Of a stretch of DNA of 64,000 nt, positions 39,838 to 50,428 are shown in pieces. The stretch's first letter is position 1, and each line of letters starts with the position of its first letter. The position numbers were made by a program, and so were the translations under genes. The stretch is taken from the IMG/VR virus record IMGVR_UViG_3300045970_000794, positions 186,001-250,000 of that record. One strand, written 5' to 3'. The notes below the pieces were generated by a model. It was not told the origin of the DNA. It searched no databases and saw only the letters and a program-made list of their open reading frames with translations.

Positions 39838-40669
39838 AAATAAAATAGCAATACTATCATTAGCAATGTCTAATGTTGAAAAAAACGCATTAACGCAAGA
39901 AGGTACTACACTTTCTGATGATACACAACACATACAACGCCATAGGCAAGGTATGTTATCAGATGACCTTATGCAAGGTAGAGTTACTGAAGAAGTTAAA
40001 CTACTTAGGCACCGTATGTATAAAATATTGGATGAATCATCAAAATTAAAAGTTCATTTTAAAAAAGATTCTAATGGTAATTTAACATACGATTTGGTTG
40101 ATAAAACAATCATCCCATCGAAATTAGTAATTGACCCTTTTGATGATTATAAAGTTGAATTAGTTATTGATAATTCACCAATAACTGGTGGTATGGACTT
40201 AACATCGGAACATCCAGATGAAACTATTGTTGAAAGACAAGTGTATTGCAGTCGTGGTATCACACCTAAATTTGAGATTGAGAAATATTGTACTAAATTA
40301 TTTGTTAGGTACATTAAAAATGATGAGCGATTGTTAGAATTCCACATACCAAAATATGTTGATAATTACGACCGAAAAACAGTTTTCTTAATTAGTGAAA
40401 TTAAAAAATTAATTGAAAAAACTAGATATTCAGATATATTAGATATAAAAACTGTTGGCTTCGTAACATTCAACGCTATCGGGGCTCAAGATTTCCGTGA
40501 ATTTACGTATGATGTTGATAAATTTGATAAAATAGTTGAATTTGATGGTGTTTATATTATTAAATTCAAAGCCACAGTAATCGCCAATGGTGATAATATC
40601 ATCGACAAATACAAACATGAATTGCAAGATGAGCGATATGCAAATAAAGAAGCTAGAATAGTTAAATAA
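39815..40669 (+). CDS. Hypothetical protein
   Basis: 284-aa ORF. Confidence 0.6.
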   Translation: MKIMSWIKNKIAILSLAMSNVEKNALTQEGTTLSDDTQHIQRHRQGMLSDDLMQGRVTEEVKLLRHRMYKILDESSKLKVHFKKDSNGNLTYDLVDKTIIPSKLVIDPFDDYKVELVIDNSPITGGMDLTSEHPDETIVERQVYCSRGITPKFEIEKYCTKLFVRYIKNDERLLEFHIPKYVDNYDRKTVFLISEIKKLIEKTRYSDILDIKTVGFVTFNAIGAQDFREFTYDVDKFDKIVEFDGVYIIKFKATVIANGDNIIDKYKHELQDERYANKEARIVK

Positions 40670-40671
40670 TA

Positions 40672-40896
40672 TTATCGTTTCTTACGCACACTACCCGATT
40701 TTTTACTTTTTTTAATATTAACCTCTTTATTAGCTACTTTAACGATAACTTTTGGTTTATCATCAACTTCTATTGGTGCTAATCCATTTAATTTACGATA
40801 AGTTATAATTAGTGATTTAATTTCAGATTCAGTCAAACCAGTAATCTCAACTGGATATATATCGTGAAAAACTTTACTCCCAAGACCATTACTCAT
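40672..40896 (-). CDS. Small protein with basic C-terminus
   Basis: MSNGLG...KKSKKSGSVRKKR; ATATTTAT upstream at 40916-40923. Confidence 0.5.
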   Translation of the reverse strand: MSNGLGSKVFHDIYPVEITGLTESEIKSLIITYRKLNGLAPIEVDDKPKVIVKVANKEVNIKKSKKSGSVRKKR

Positions 40897-40982
40897 ATGT
40901 TTAAGTTTATTTATTATAAATATCTTCAAATTTATCAATAATTAATATTTACTTTAACTATAATTATGATTATTTTAATATT

Positions 40983-41582
40983 ATGAAAATAGGTATTGAA
41001 TTAAATGAAGTGTTACGTGATTTCATCGGCCAATTCGAATATGTGTATAATAAGTATTTAAACGCAGAGTTAGATACTCAACAAAATCCAGTCAAATCAT
41101 TTGACTTAGTGGATTATTTTACATTTTCTGGTGGTACTGATGAAATGAATATGTTTCTTTATGAAGAAGCGGCACTCGAGGTTTTTGGTCATGCAGATGA
41201 ACTGTATACTAATTTAATTAATCGTTTAAATATTTTTTTAATGGATATTAAAGACGATGAAGAACATGAAATTTGGTTAGTTAGTAGAGAGGCTGTGAAT
41301 AGTATTCCAGCAACTTTCTTTTTCTTATCCAAAACAGGTGCCAGATTTGATAGAATCAAATTTGTGCAAAAATACTCTGACGAGTGGGATGATATTGATG
41401 TATTAGTAACCGCAAACCCTAGAGTATTAGATTGTAAACCAGATGGTAAAATTGCTGTTAAAGTGAAAGCTAGTTACAACGATGATTCAATCTCCGATTA
41501 CCAAATAAAATCCTTATTTGAATTCATTGATAATGATGAATTAAGGGATAAAATTTTTAAAAAACTAAAAGAAAATGAATAG
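40983..41582 (+). CDS. HAD/5'(3')-deoxyribonucleotidase-like protein with non-canonical motif I
   Basis: KIGIELNEVLRD (canonical IxIDxDGVL); C-terminal YN..I. Confidence 0.6.
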   Translation: MKIGIELNEVLRDFIGQFEYVYNKYLNAELDTQQNPVKSFDLVDYFTFSGGTDEMNMFLYEEAALEVFGHADELYTNLINRLNIFLMDIKDDEEHEIWLVSREAVNSIPATFFFLSKTGARFDRIKFVQKYSDEWDDIDVLVTANPRVLDCKPDGKIAVKVKASYNDDSISDYQIKSLFEFIDNDELRDKIFKKLKENE

Positions 41583-41946
41583 TGTTGATTATTTGGAAAT
41601 TGGTGGAGTAGCGTATTCACTAGATTTCGATTCATTCGAATCATTGTTAAGCCTTGATATAACAAAAGAAAATGAAGAACCAGTTGAAATTGAAACAACA
41701 ACTGAGTTCGATGGTACTGGAAACCCAGTCGGGTCATCAATTATGACAAGGCAAATTAGACGTGGTAAAGAAATTGATATGTCTAAATATGAAGTCATCA
41801 AACATATGTTAGAAATTGTATTAGGTTACAATGAAGAACTTGATGATAGTTTAGGAATACAACGAGCATTTGATAAGCTCCCAATAAGTTTTAAAATTGC
41901 CTTCAATACTTTAGTAAAGTATGGTGTTTTAAATGAAATAAAATAA
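41575..41946 (+). CDS. Hypothetical protein
   Basis: 123-aa ORF in operon. Confidence 0.6.
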   Translation: MNSVDYLEIGGVAYSLDFDSFESLLSLDITKENEEPVEIETTTEFDGTGNPVGSSIMTRQIRRGKEIDMSKYEVIKHMLEIVLGYNEELDDSLGIQRAFDKLPISFKIAFNTLVKYGVLNEIK

Positions 41947-41968
41947 AAATGTTTTAATAAAAATTAGA

Positions 41969-43045
41969 ATGGAAAACAATGAATTAAGTAGCCACATAAA
42001 AGCGGTAATTGAAAAACTAGATGCAAAAGATTTTGGGTTTTATTTTTTCACATTAGATACTAAAGGTAACCCAACGGCTGGTGTTGCTAATATCTACGAA
42101 CATGTGAAAATTCTCACAGAATTAGGGTATAAAGCATACATTATGCATGAAAAAAATGAATACATCGGTGTTGGTGGTTGGTTAGGTGAAGAGTATATGA
42201 AATTACCACACGTATCAATTGAAAATCAAACATTGAATGTTGGTCCACAAGACTTCATCATAATACCAGAAGTATTTGCAAATGTTATGGACCAAACTAA
42301 AAACTTTCCTTCAAAAAGAATCGTTTTATGTCAATCATATGACTATATTTTTGAATTAATGAATTTTGGTTTAACATGGGGTGTATTCGGAATTAATGAT
42401 GTTATTACTACTAGTCAAAAACAGGCTAGCTACATCAAAACATTATTCCCAAATATTAACACACATATTATTCCAGTATCAATACCAGAATATTTTAAAC
42501 CACAAGAAAAGCCAGTGAAACCAGTGATTTCAATCATGGCCAGAGACCAAAAAGATGCGTTGAAAATTATCAAATCATTCTATATTCAATATCCAACATA
42601 TAAGTGGATTACATTTAAAGAATTAAGAGGTGTACCAAAAGAAGAGTTCGCTAGTTCTTTAGCTGATTCATGTTTAGCTGTTTGGGTTGATGGTATTTCT
42701 GGTTTCGGAACATTCCCATTGGAAGCAATTGAATGTAATGTACCTGTGATTGGTAAAATCCCAGAATTGGTTCCAGAGTGGATGGAAGATAATGTAACAC
42801 CAGAAGGTATTACTAATCTAAAAGCTAATGGTGTTTGGAGTACTAGTATATTAGAAATACCACATTTGATTGCACAATACCTTAAAGTTTGGTTAGAAGA
42901 TTCAGTACCTGAGAATATTTTAGATGCAATGAAAGAAAGCAAAGGTCAATACACGTATGAAAAACAAAAATTAGCTGTTGAACAAATTTACACTGATTTT
43001 GTTAATAAACGTAAAGAAGAGATAATGTTATTACAAAATAAATAA
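41969..43045 (+). CDS. GT-B glycosyltransferase-like protein
   Basis: AGVANIYEH..L; IIIPE; GFGTFPLEAIECNVPVIG. Confidence 0.7.
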   Translation: MENNELSSHIKAVIEKLDAKDFGFYFFTLDTKGNPTAGVANIYEHVKILTELGYKAYIMHEKNEYIGVGGWLGEEYMKLPHVSIENQTLNVGPQDFIIIPEVFANVMDQTKNFPSKRIVLCQSYDYIFELMNFGLTWGVFGINDVITTSQKQASYIKTLFPNINTHIIPVSIPEYFKPQEKPVKPVISIMARDQKDALKIIKSFYIQYPTYKWITFKELRGVPKEEFASSLADSCLAVWVDGISGFGTFPLEAIECNVPVIGKIPELVPEWMEDNVTPEGITNLKANGVWSTSILEIPHLIAQYLKVWLEDSVPENILDAMKESKGQYTYEKQKLAVEQIYTDFVNKRKEEIMLLQNK

Positions 43046-43049
43046 AAAT

Positions 43050-43862
43050 ATGAAAGAAATGAATGGAATTACGGTTATTCTTCCAGTATACGAAGTTAAC
43101 CAAGAAATTGAACAATATTTTGCTTTGGCGATTGCTAGTATTAATAATCAAGCAATATTACCAGATGAATTATTAATTGTTACTTCTTCAAATGAAGAAC
43201 TTAAAACATTTGTTAATGGTTTTGATTATGGTACAATTAAAGAAAATGTTAGAATTATCGAAAATACTGGTAATACTGACTTCCCTAGTCAATTCAATTT
43301 TGGTGTTGAAAATGCTAAAACTGAATGGGTATCATTCCTTGAGGTAGATGATGAATTCTCTAGAATTTGGATTAAAAATGTTATCACCTATCGTGAAGCT
43401 TATCCAGAAATCAACACATTCTTACCTATAATCGTAGATGTTGATGCTGAAGGTCAATTCATCGGTTTAACTAACGAACCTGTATGGGCTGCTGAGTTTT
43501 GTGATGAATTAGGTATATTAGACCATCAAGCATTGATTGGTTACCAAAACTTCAATTTTGCTGGTATGGTTATTCGCAAAAGTGTTATTGAGGAATTTTA
43601 CGGTATGAAATCAAACTTGAAATTAACGTTTATGTACGAATTTTTATTAAGGTTGACACATTTTGATACAAAAATCATGGTAATACCTAAAATCGGATAT
43701 AAACACACAAATCAAAGAGTTAATAGTTTGTTTTATAACTATAAACAAGAAATGAAACCTAATGAAGGAAAATGGTGGTTAGCTCAAGCTAAAAAAGAGT
43801 TCTATTTCACACACGATAACAGAGGCTTAACCTATACTGAGCCAGCTGAAAAAGAAGTATAA
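43050..43862 (+). CDS. GT2-like glycosyltransferase
   Basis: ITVILPVY; NFGV..EWVSFLEVDD. Confidence 0.7.
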   Translation: MKEMNGITVILPVYEVNQEIEQYFALAIASINNQAILPDELLIVTSSNEELKTFVNGFDYGTIKENVRIIENTGNTDFPSQFNFGVENAKTEWVSFLEVDDEFSRIWIKNVITYREAYPEINTFLPIIVDVDAEGQFIGLTNEPVWAAEFCDELGILDHQALIGYQNFNFAGMVIRKSVIEEFYGMKSNLKLTFMYEFLLRLTHFDTKIMVIPKIGYKHTNQRVNSLFYNYKQEMKPNEGKWWLAQAKKEFYFTHDNRGLTYTEPAEKEV

Positions 43863-43872
43863 ATCAACAATA

Positions 43873-44667
43873 ATGGCAAAAAGAGGACGAAAAACTCAAG
43901 TAGGTATTTATTTTGGTCCTATAGAAGAAGAAGCTGTTAGTAGATATATGTCACTTGGTACTATGATTTATCATCCAGATTTTCCAGAGGATGAGAATAA
44001 AAAGATTTGGATTGGTACTGATGAAGAAGAAAAAGAACGGAATTCAATTTATAGTGAATTTTTAAAAAACCCACTAGATAAAATGATTGAATCAATCATT
44101 AGGCGATACAAATTATATCGAAAATCGATATCATTTGAAGAACTTCATTCCGATACTTTATCATTTTTAATGACAAAAGCTCACAAATTCGAAGATGCAC
44201 GAGGTAAAAAAGCATATTCTTACTATGGAACTATTTGTAAAAACTACATACTTGGATTATTAATTAAAGATGAAAAAACTATCAAACAAGTTACTTCGTA
44301 TGACGATATCTATGAAACTATCGAAGAACGAGAAGATTTATCATATGAAATTGACACACATGTAATAGATGCTAATTCTTTGATTAATGATATAACAACT
44401 GAAATTCGAAACGAACTTAGAGTTAATGAAACCAGTGAAAAGGTATATCTTAATGAAAACGAACGAAAAGTTGGTGAAGAATTAATTAATATTTTAGAGA
44501 ATTGGCAAACTGTTATTAATATTAGTGGTGGGAATAAATATAATAAAAATTCCATATTATCCTGTTTACGTGAGGGTACTCATTTAAATACTAAAGATAT
44601 TAGAAATGCAATGCGTAAGTATAAAAAAATGTATAGCCTAATTCTAGAGGAAAAATTAAACAATTGA
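43873..44667 (+). CDS. Phage sigma factor, gp55-like (region 2 recognisable)
   Basis: KMIESIIRRY..FEEL..KFEDARGKKAYSYYGTICKNYIL resembles sigma region 2 of T4 late-sigma homologues. Confidence 0.6.
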   Translation: MAKRGRKTQVGIYFGPIEEEAVSRYMSLGTMIYHPDFPEDENKKIWIGTDEEEKERNSIYSEFLKNPLDKMIESIIRRYKLYRKSISFEELHSDTLSFLMTKAHKFEDARGKKAYSYYGTICKNYILGLLIKDEKTIKQVTSYDDIYETIEEREDLSYEIDTHVIDANSLINDITTEIRNELRVNETSEKVYLNENERKVGEELINILENWQTVINISGGNKYNKNSILSCLREGTHLNTKDIRNAMRKYKKMYSLILEEKLNN

Positions 44668-44715
44668 TAGCTACTAGTTTTTTTTTCTGAGATATTTATA
44701 ATAAAAGAAAATACT

Positions 44716-45108
44716 ATGTCTAAAAGAAAAAGAAATAAAATACAACTGAATAGCGTTGAGAATTTGGAAAACATTATGCAAGAAGTGTATAACGATGCTA
44801 ATGTCCAAATTAATGACGCTAATCGTGCTATTAACGAGCTTGTTAATAGTACTGCACCCGAAGATGTTAGTGATTATGCAATGATAGCTAAAGAAAAGGG
44901 TAATCTTATTAAACTTAAAGATTCTGCAACTAAAATTAAATTAGAATTAGCTAAGTTAGAAGCCGATATTATGAAAAGCAAAGGTAATACTGAAGAAGCC
45001 GTTCAAGCATTTGCTGGTCCAACCAAAGCCGATTTTAAATCAGTTAGAGAATTAATAACTAGAAATAAGGAAAATAACGATACCGAATCATACGAAATAC
45101 CAGAATAA
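44716..45108 (+). CDS. Hypothetical helical protein
   Basis: 130-aa ORF after ATATTTAT at 44692. Confidence 0.6.
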   Translation: MSKRKRNKIQLNSVENLENIMQEVYNDANVQINDANRAINELVNSTAPEDVSDYAMIAKEKGNLIKLKDSATKIKLELAKLEADIMKSKGNTEEAVQAFAGPTKADFKSVRELITRNKENNDTESYEIPE

Positions 45109-46658
45109 TGCCTGTTTTTGATACAAAGAGTGGTTTATATAGAGAAATTTCAGCGATGAAAACTCTTTCTGATGGATATCCAAGTCTAATCAAAAATAAA
45201 GCATTCGATGAAGTTACCGATAAAAAATCTAGTTTACTATCTAAAGCTGGTGAAAAGAAAGCTGGTGTTATTGCTAAATCTAAAGATAAAACAACTGGTG
45301 CAATGAGTTTCGTTAAAAATGTTTTATTGATAATTTCTGGTCTTAATGCAATACAATCATTAGTGGTTGCAACACTTTCTCGTGAATTACCTAAGATTGA
45401 AGATTTCATAAAGAAAGCTTTGAAGGACCAATTAAAAGAAATGGTTAATTGCGGGTCTGACCCACAGTTGCCAGATTATTTAAAACAAGGTGGTGCTGGA
45501 ATTAATGTTAATCTTAATAATGTTGATTTCTTTAAATTATTTAATCTTGACCCAACAGCTGATAATGGTAAATTACTATATTCAGATGCGCAAGCTGGTT
45601 TAAGTAGTACTGATATGCATACTTTTCTATATGATGTAATTCAAGATGATGCATTAGTTGGTGGTACTTCACATGACTGGGGTGCTCAAACAATGAGTGA
45701 CCCGATTATGAGTATCACATATAGCTCACAAACACCAACAGCTGCTAGAGTTTTAAACATTAAAGCTAGTCAATACTATAGTGATAATAAGTCATTAACT
45801 GATTTTAATAACGATTATATTGATAGTTTAACGATATTACCAACTGCACAAGTATTCAATCAATTAATTGATGCAATATTTGGCTCTGTGTCGGTTGATT
45901 TAGAAATACCAAAAGATTGGCTCAAAAAGCAAGAAGAAGTTAATAAAATCATTGAAAGAATGATAAGTGCTGAAGAAGAAATTGTGATAGATGATTCATT
46001 TTTCGAATTTACAGGTCAAGATTTATGGGATATTGAAGAAGCTGCAAGGCAAAGAAGTAAAGGAATTAGATATTTTATCACCTGTGATAATGTTGCAACA
46101 TCAGTGAGTATTGATACATTATTAAGTTCAACAACTCAAATGGAAACTGCATCGACTAAACAAGAATTAGAAGATATAGTTAAATTAACGATAAATACTA
46201 TTAGTACTGAAGTATCTAAAGATGTAGCGGAAAAAGATAAACCTAAATTTAGTTTCGAATTTTTTGATTCAATATTCGAATCAATTAGTATGACTGTTTG
46301 TAATTCAATATTAAGCCCTAAATTAGCTACATTACTTCAAGTTAACAATAAAATAGTTTACGGTGACCAAGCTGAAGAATTCAATAATCCAACTGATTAT
46401 ATATTTAAAAATAGAACATTATACGATGCAGTAATAAAAGCAATAAAATCAATGTTATTAGCTATATTAATGGCGTATGCTCTTAAAAAATTAAATGAAT
46501 TAATATCAAACACTAAAGCTAAAAACAATGCCGAACAAACAAAATTAGCTAAAGCTCAAATATTAAGTTTAATTGGTATGCCAGCCGCATTAACTAAATT
46601 AATGAATATGATTTCTAGTTTCTCATCAACTGCTGATGATAAAATAAATAAAATTTAA
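45108..46658 (+). CDS. Hypothetical protein, baseplate/tail region
   Basis: 516-aa ORF. Confidence 0.6.
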   Translation: MPVFDTKSGLYREISAMKTLSDGYPSLIKNKAFDEVTDKKSSLLSKAGEKKAGVIAKSKDKTTGAMSFVKNVLLIISGLNAIQSLVVATLSRELPKIEDFIKKALKDQLKEMVNCGSDPQLPDYLKQGGAGINVNLNNVDFFKLFNLDPTADNGKLLYSDAQAGLSSTDMHTFLYDVIQDDALVGGTSHDWGAQTMSDPIMSITYSSQTPTAARVLNIKASQYYSDNKSLTDFNNDYIDSLTILPTAQVFNQLIDAIFGSVSVDLEIPKDWLKKQEEVNKIIERMISAEEEIVIDDSFFEFTGQDLWDIEEAARQRSKGIRYFITCDNVATSVSIDTLLSSTTQMETASTKQELEDIVKLTINTISTEVSKDVAEKDKPKFSFEFFDSIFESISMTVCNSILSPKLATLLQVNNKIVYGDQAEEFNNPTDYIFKNRTLYDAVIKAIKSMLLAILMAYALKKLNELISNTKAKNNAEQTKLAKAQILSLIGMPAALTKLMNMISSFSSTADDKINKI

Positions 46659-46669
46659 TTTATATAAAC

Positions 46670-47098
46670 ATGGCTAATACTGAATTTAACCCAAATAATA
46701 CTAGTTCAATTAGTTTACCAATTGGTGATATCATTAAAATGTTTTCATCATTACTGGTACCAACTACTAAATTGCCTAGTATACCACCAGCATTAATATT
46801 AAGCGGGGCTCAATTTAGAACTGGATTAAGCCCTAGGAAAATTGCTTCTAGAATTATATCAAGACAACATGAAGCTGGTGCACCACAAGGCCCACTTAAT
46901 GATGGTAGTGATAATATTGAAGAAAAAATGGAAGTAATTCGTGTTGAAGAAATGATATACGCATTACAAAATGAAGCAAAAGTAGAGGTTACAGTTAAAC
47001 CAGGTCAACAAGTCGATGGTACATTTGCTGGAATTGGTTCTGGTTATATAAAAGGTCAAACAATTACCAATGGTAAGGGTCAAGCCGTTATACGTTAA
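46670..47098 (+). CDS. Hypothetical protein, baseplate region
   Basis: 142-aa ORF. Confidence 0.6.
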   Translation: MANTEFNPNNTSSISLPIGDIIKMFSSLLVPTTKLPSIPPALILSGAQFRTGLSPRKIASRIISRQHEAGAPQGPLNDGSDNIEEKMEVIRVEEMIYALQNEAKVEVTVKPGQQVDGTFAGIGSGYIKGQTITNGKGQAVIR

Positions 47099-47109
47099 AA
47101 TTTTTTGAA

Positions 47110-47289
47110 ATGGAAAAATTAAAAGACATGACAAATAATGAAATCTTAATGGAAATTAAGAAAATGCAAGCCGACCATGATGTTATCAAATTAAGGATGC
47201 TTAGGGATAACGATTTGTTGGATGCAATTGAGAAAAGTTTCGCTTTGGCGAATGAAGAACTAATTAAAAGACTTAAAGGGGAAAAATAA
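47110..47289 (+). CDS. Small coiled-coil protein (59 aa), absent from ORF track
   Basis: MEKLKDMTNNEILMEIKKMQADHDVIKLRM...KRLKGEK*; stop overlaps next ATG. Confidence 0.6.
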   Translation: MEKLKDMTNNEILMEIKKMQADHDVIKLRMLRDNDLLDAIEKSFALANEELIKRLKGEK

Positions 47290-48302
47290 TGTACTTTTTT
47301 AATGATTTACCAAGATTTGGTGGTGGCGGTGGTTTACCTAGCATTAATGATATTAAAGCAAGTCAATTTAATGTTCATATTGCAACTGTTATTGATATCG
47401 ATGATACCAATGATAGTGGTAGGATATGTGCAATAATTAAAGGTAAAGATGATAGTGCTAAACATAGACTAGATAATGCTAGAACAAAAGAAGAAATTGC
47501 ATCAATAAAAAATGAAATTTATGCATTACCATTATTACCAAAATATCTTAACGTTTTCCCTAAAAAAAATGAAATAGTTTTTATCTTCATACAGGATGAT
47601 AATAAACCATATGGTGAACGATTCTGGGTTGGACCAATTATATCACAACCACAATATTTAAGAATTGATGATACTGTTAAAAATAAATCAAATTTAAAAT
47701 ATGGTGGCGTGGCCGCACCATCGCCAGCACCTAGTACCATACCAGAAGCTAATGGTGTTTATCCTAGAAAGAATGAAATCGCTTTTCAAGGTAGAGATAA
47801 TGCTGATTTAATATTTAGAAGTGGCGAGGCAATTCTTAGAGCTGGAAAATATAAAAATGAAATCCCTAAAGAAACTAATATCCCTGTTTTTAATCCTAAG
47901 CAAGCATATTTCAAATTAGCTAATAATGTTTCAGTTAAAAAGAATTCGGATAATTCAACTACTAAAGGTAGCGTTGCTACTATGGTTGCTGATAAATTGT
48001 TATTATTAACATATGATGGTAGGCAAAATCATTTTGATGAATACAAATTAACCGATGGTAGTAACAAAGACCCAAATATTGGTTACGAAATTACTGAAAA
48101 AACACTATTAGAAGTGTTGGAAAAGGCTGAACCAGCAGTATATGGTAATGTTCTTGTTAGTTTTATGAAATTAATCAAAGAGTTTGCTAGTAATCATACC
48201 CACCCATATTCTGGTTTACCACCAGTTAGAGATAAATTTGTTTTGAATGTACTGGAATATGATTTAAATAGTTTATTAGCTAAAAATATCCGTCTTGTTT
48301 AA
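47289..48302 (+). CDS. Baseplate hub/spike protein (gp5/GpV-like OB fold)
   Basis: ATVIDIDDTNDSGRI..PKKNEIVFIF..RFWVG; C-terminal HTH(P) metal-binding tip motif. Confidence 0.65.
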   Translation: MYFFNDLPRFGGGGGLPSINDIKASQFNVHIATVIDIDDTNDSGRICAIIKGKDDSAKHRLDNARTKEEIASIKNEIYALPLLPKYLNVFPKKNEIVFIFIQDDNKPYGERFWVGPIISQPQYLRIDDTVKNKSNLKYGGVAAPSPAPSTIPEANGVYPRKNEIAFQGRDNADLIFRSGEAILRAGKYKNEIPKETNIPVFNPKQAYFKLANNVSVKKNSDNSTTKGSVATMVADKLLLLTYDGRQNHFDEYKLTDGSNKDPNIGYEITEKTLLEVLEKAEPAVYGNVLVSFMKLIKEFASNHTHPYSGLPPVRDKFVLNVLEYDLNSLLAKNIRLV

Positions 48303-48336
48303 TATTATTAGGATATTTATTAATAAATGATTTATT

Positions 48337-49737
48337 ATGGTAATTAGGACATATTTTGATAAGAATAATACACTTATTCGCAATACTTTAACCAATACAG
48401 CTAGAAATCCAATAGTTGAATTATACTATGGTGGTGATTCATCTAGTTTAGAATTCAGTAGATATATTTTTCATTTCGATGAAACCACATTAAGAGATTT
48501 ATACTCTGGTGGTACTTTTCCAGATATCACTAAAATGACACATACACTTAAAATGACTAATACTGGGTTATTTGATACTGATTTACTTAATACAACAGCA
48601 TCAAATGGTATGAGTAGAACATGTTCATTTGATTTAATAGCATTTACCATTAATCAAGTATGGGATGAAGGAACTGGTTATGATTATCGACTACCAGTAC
48701 TTATTACGGGTACTACTGATTTCGCTACTGTGCCTTCTAACTGGAGCTATTCACAAACTTTAATTCCTTGGACTAACAGTGGTGTTTATTCTGGGTCTCC
48801 AACTGGTATTACAATAGCAACACAACATTTTGATTTAGGTAATGAAAATTTAGAAATGGATATTACTAATGCGGTTAATGCTATCATTACTGGCGATACT
48901 AATTATGGATTTGGAATAGCATTCCCACATGATTATGAACTCACATCAAGTGATGGGTTAAATTATGTTGGGTTCTTCAGTAAATTCACTCAAACATTTT
49001 ATGAACCATATATTGAAACAACTTACAGTGAAAAAATTAAGGATGACCGAGGAAAATTCTATTTAGATAAACCAAATAAATTATATTTATACGTTAATTT
49101 AGGTAATATGCCGACTAATTTGGATACTATACCAAGTGTTATTGTATATGACCAAAATGGAGTTCAATTTAGTTCATACACAACATCAGACGTAACACAC
49201 GTTACCAAAGGGGTTTATTCAATTGATATTATGGTTCCAACAACAACTGATTATACTGATTGTGTTGGTTTTACTGATTTATGGTGTAATATTATGATTA
49301 ATGGGGTTTCCAGACCAGATGTTGAATTAGATTTCGTATTAGCTGATGCTGGTAGTTATTATAACATTGGAAACAGTGATACGATGCCTCAAGAATATGG
49401 ATTTTCAATACATGGGATTAAAATGGAAGAAAAAATTATTCGTGGTGATATTAGAAAAGTATTAGTGTCGGCCCGCATACCGTATACTGTAAATCAAAAA
49501 TCAATTATTGATAATTTACAATATCGTTTATATGTTAAAGAAGGTAGAAATGAATTAACTGTTATTGATTATGAGGATGTTGAGCGTGCATTTACTAATA
49601 ATTACTTTTTATTGGATACCGCTAGTTTAATTCCGAATACGTATTATTTGGATTTAAAAGTTGAATCAAACTATCAAGTAACAACAATAAAAGATGCGGT
49701 TAATTTCGATATCGTAGGTCAAGTAGAATTAAGATAA
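48337..49737 (+). CDS. Putative virion structural protein
   Basis: 466-aa beta-rich ORF (SRYIFHFD, WDEGTG) after ATATTTAT at 48313. Confidence 0.55.
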   Translation: MVIRTYFDKNNTLIRNTLTNTARNPIVELYYGGDSSSLEFSRYIFHFDETTLRDLYSGGTFPDITKMTHTLKMTNTGLFDTDLLNTTASNGMSRTCSFDLIAFTINQVWDEGTGYDYRLPVLITGTTDFATVPSNWSYSQTLIPWTNSGVYSGSPTGITIATQHFDLGNENLEMDITNAVNAIITGDTNYGFGIAFPHDYELTSSDGLNYVGFFSKFTQTFYEPYIETTYSEKIKDDRGKFYLDKPNKLYLYVNLGNMPTNLDTIPSVIVYDQNGVQFSSYTTSDVTHVTKGVYSIDIMVPTTTDYTDCVGFTDLWCNIMINGVSRPDVELDFVLADAGSYYNIGNSDTMPQEYGFSIHGIKMEEKIIRGDIRKVLVSARIPYTVNQKSIIDNLQYRLYVKEGRNELTVIDYEDVERAFTNNYFLLDTASLIPNTYYLDLKVESNYQVTTIKDAVNFDIVGQVELR

Positions 49738-49738
49738 T

Positions 49739-50119
49739 ATGAGAATATATGAAACATATCGGGATTTATTATCAGAGGTTAAGCCTAGTGATGTAAACAA
49801 TAATTATGATTCAGTTGAAACCATCGTTAATCGTTTAAGAAATATTGGATTCATTGTTGACCCTAATCATTTAGTTAGTGAATTAATAAGTCGAAATGGT
49901 TTAAGATTATTAAGAGTCCCATCAAACCCATATAAAGCATATGTGGTTTATAGGGCTGGTAGTGAAAAACATGCTAATGAATTAGTTGCTATCGCTGAAA
50001 AATATGGTGGATATTTAAGTCCAGACGCATCAGATGAAGATTCAATTAAAATAGGTCAATTATTAAATTACGACCAATCAGAGATTGAAGCATTTATTAA
50101 TAGAAGAAAACAAATTTAA
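49739..50119 (+). CDS. Hypothetical protein, candidate internal head protein
   Basis: N-terminus MRIYETYRDLLSE. Confidence 0.55.
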   Translation: MRIYETYRDLLSEVKPSDVNNNYDSVETIVNRLRNIGFIVDPNHLVSELISRNGLRLLRVPSNPYKAYVVYRAGSEKHANELVAIAEKYGGYLSPDASDEDSIKIGQLLNYDQSEIEAFINRRKQI

Positions 50120-50122
50120 ATT

Positions 50123-50425
50123 ATGGAAATACATCAACGATTAAGAGAGGCAATAAATAGAGCACACTGCTTAGCAGCTGTATGTGATACTATGAGTGTT
50201 GCTACCTATCAAGAAGGTATGAAATTATTGGTAGATGCTTTAGGTACACCAGAAGAAAATCCAAAAGTTTGGCAAAGTATTGCTAAACCAGTTAGTAATT
50301 GGAAAAGTGAAAATAAATTAATTAACGGTGAAGTTAAGCAAAAACAAATGTCTGGCGATTCTATGGTAGATGAATCGAATACATGGTGGGCCGCAATACA
50401 ATCAACAATTTGTAGAAACTCATAA
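50123..50425 (+). CDS. Hypothetical protein
   Basis: 100-aa ORF. Confidence 0.55.
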   Translation: MEIHQRLREAINRAHCLAAVCDTMSVATYQEGMKLLVDALGTPEENPKVWQSIAKPVSNWKSENKLINGEVKQKQMSGDSMVDESNTWWAAIQSTICRNS

Positions 50426-50428
50426 ATT

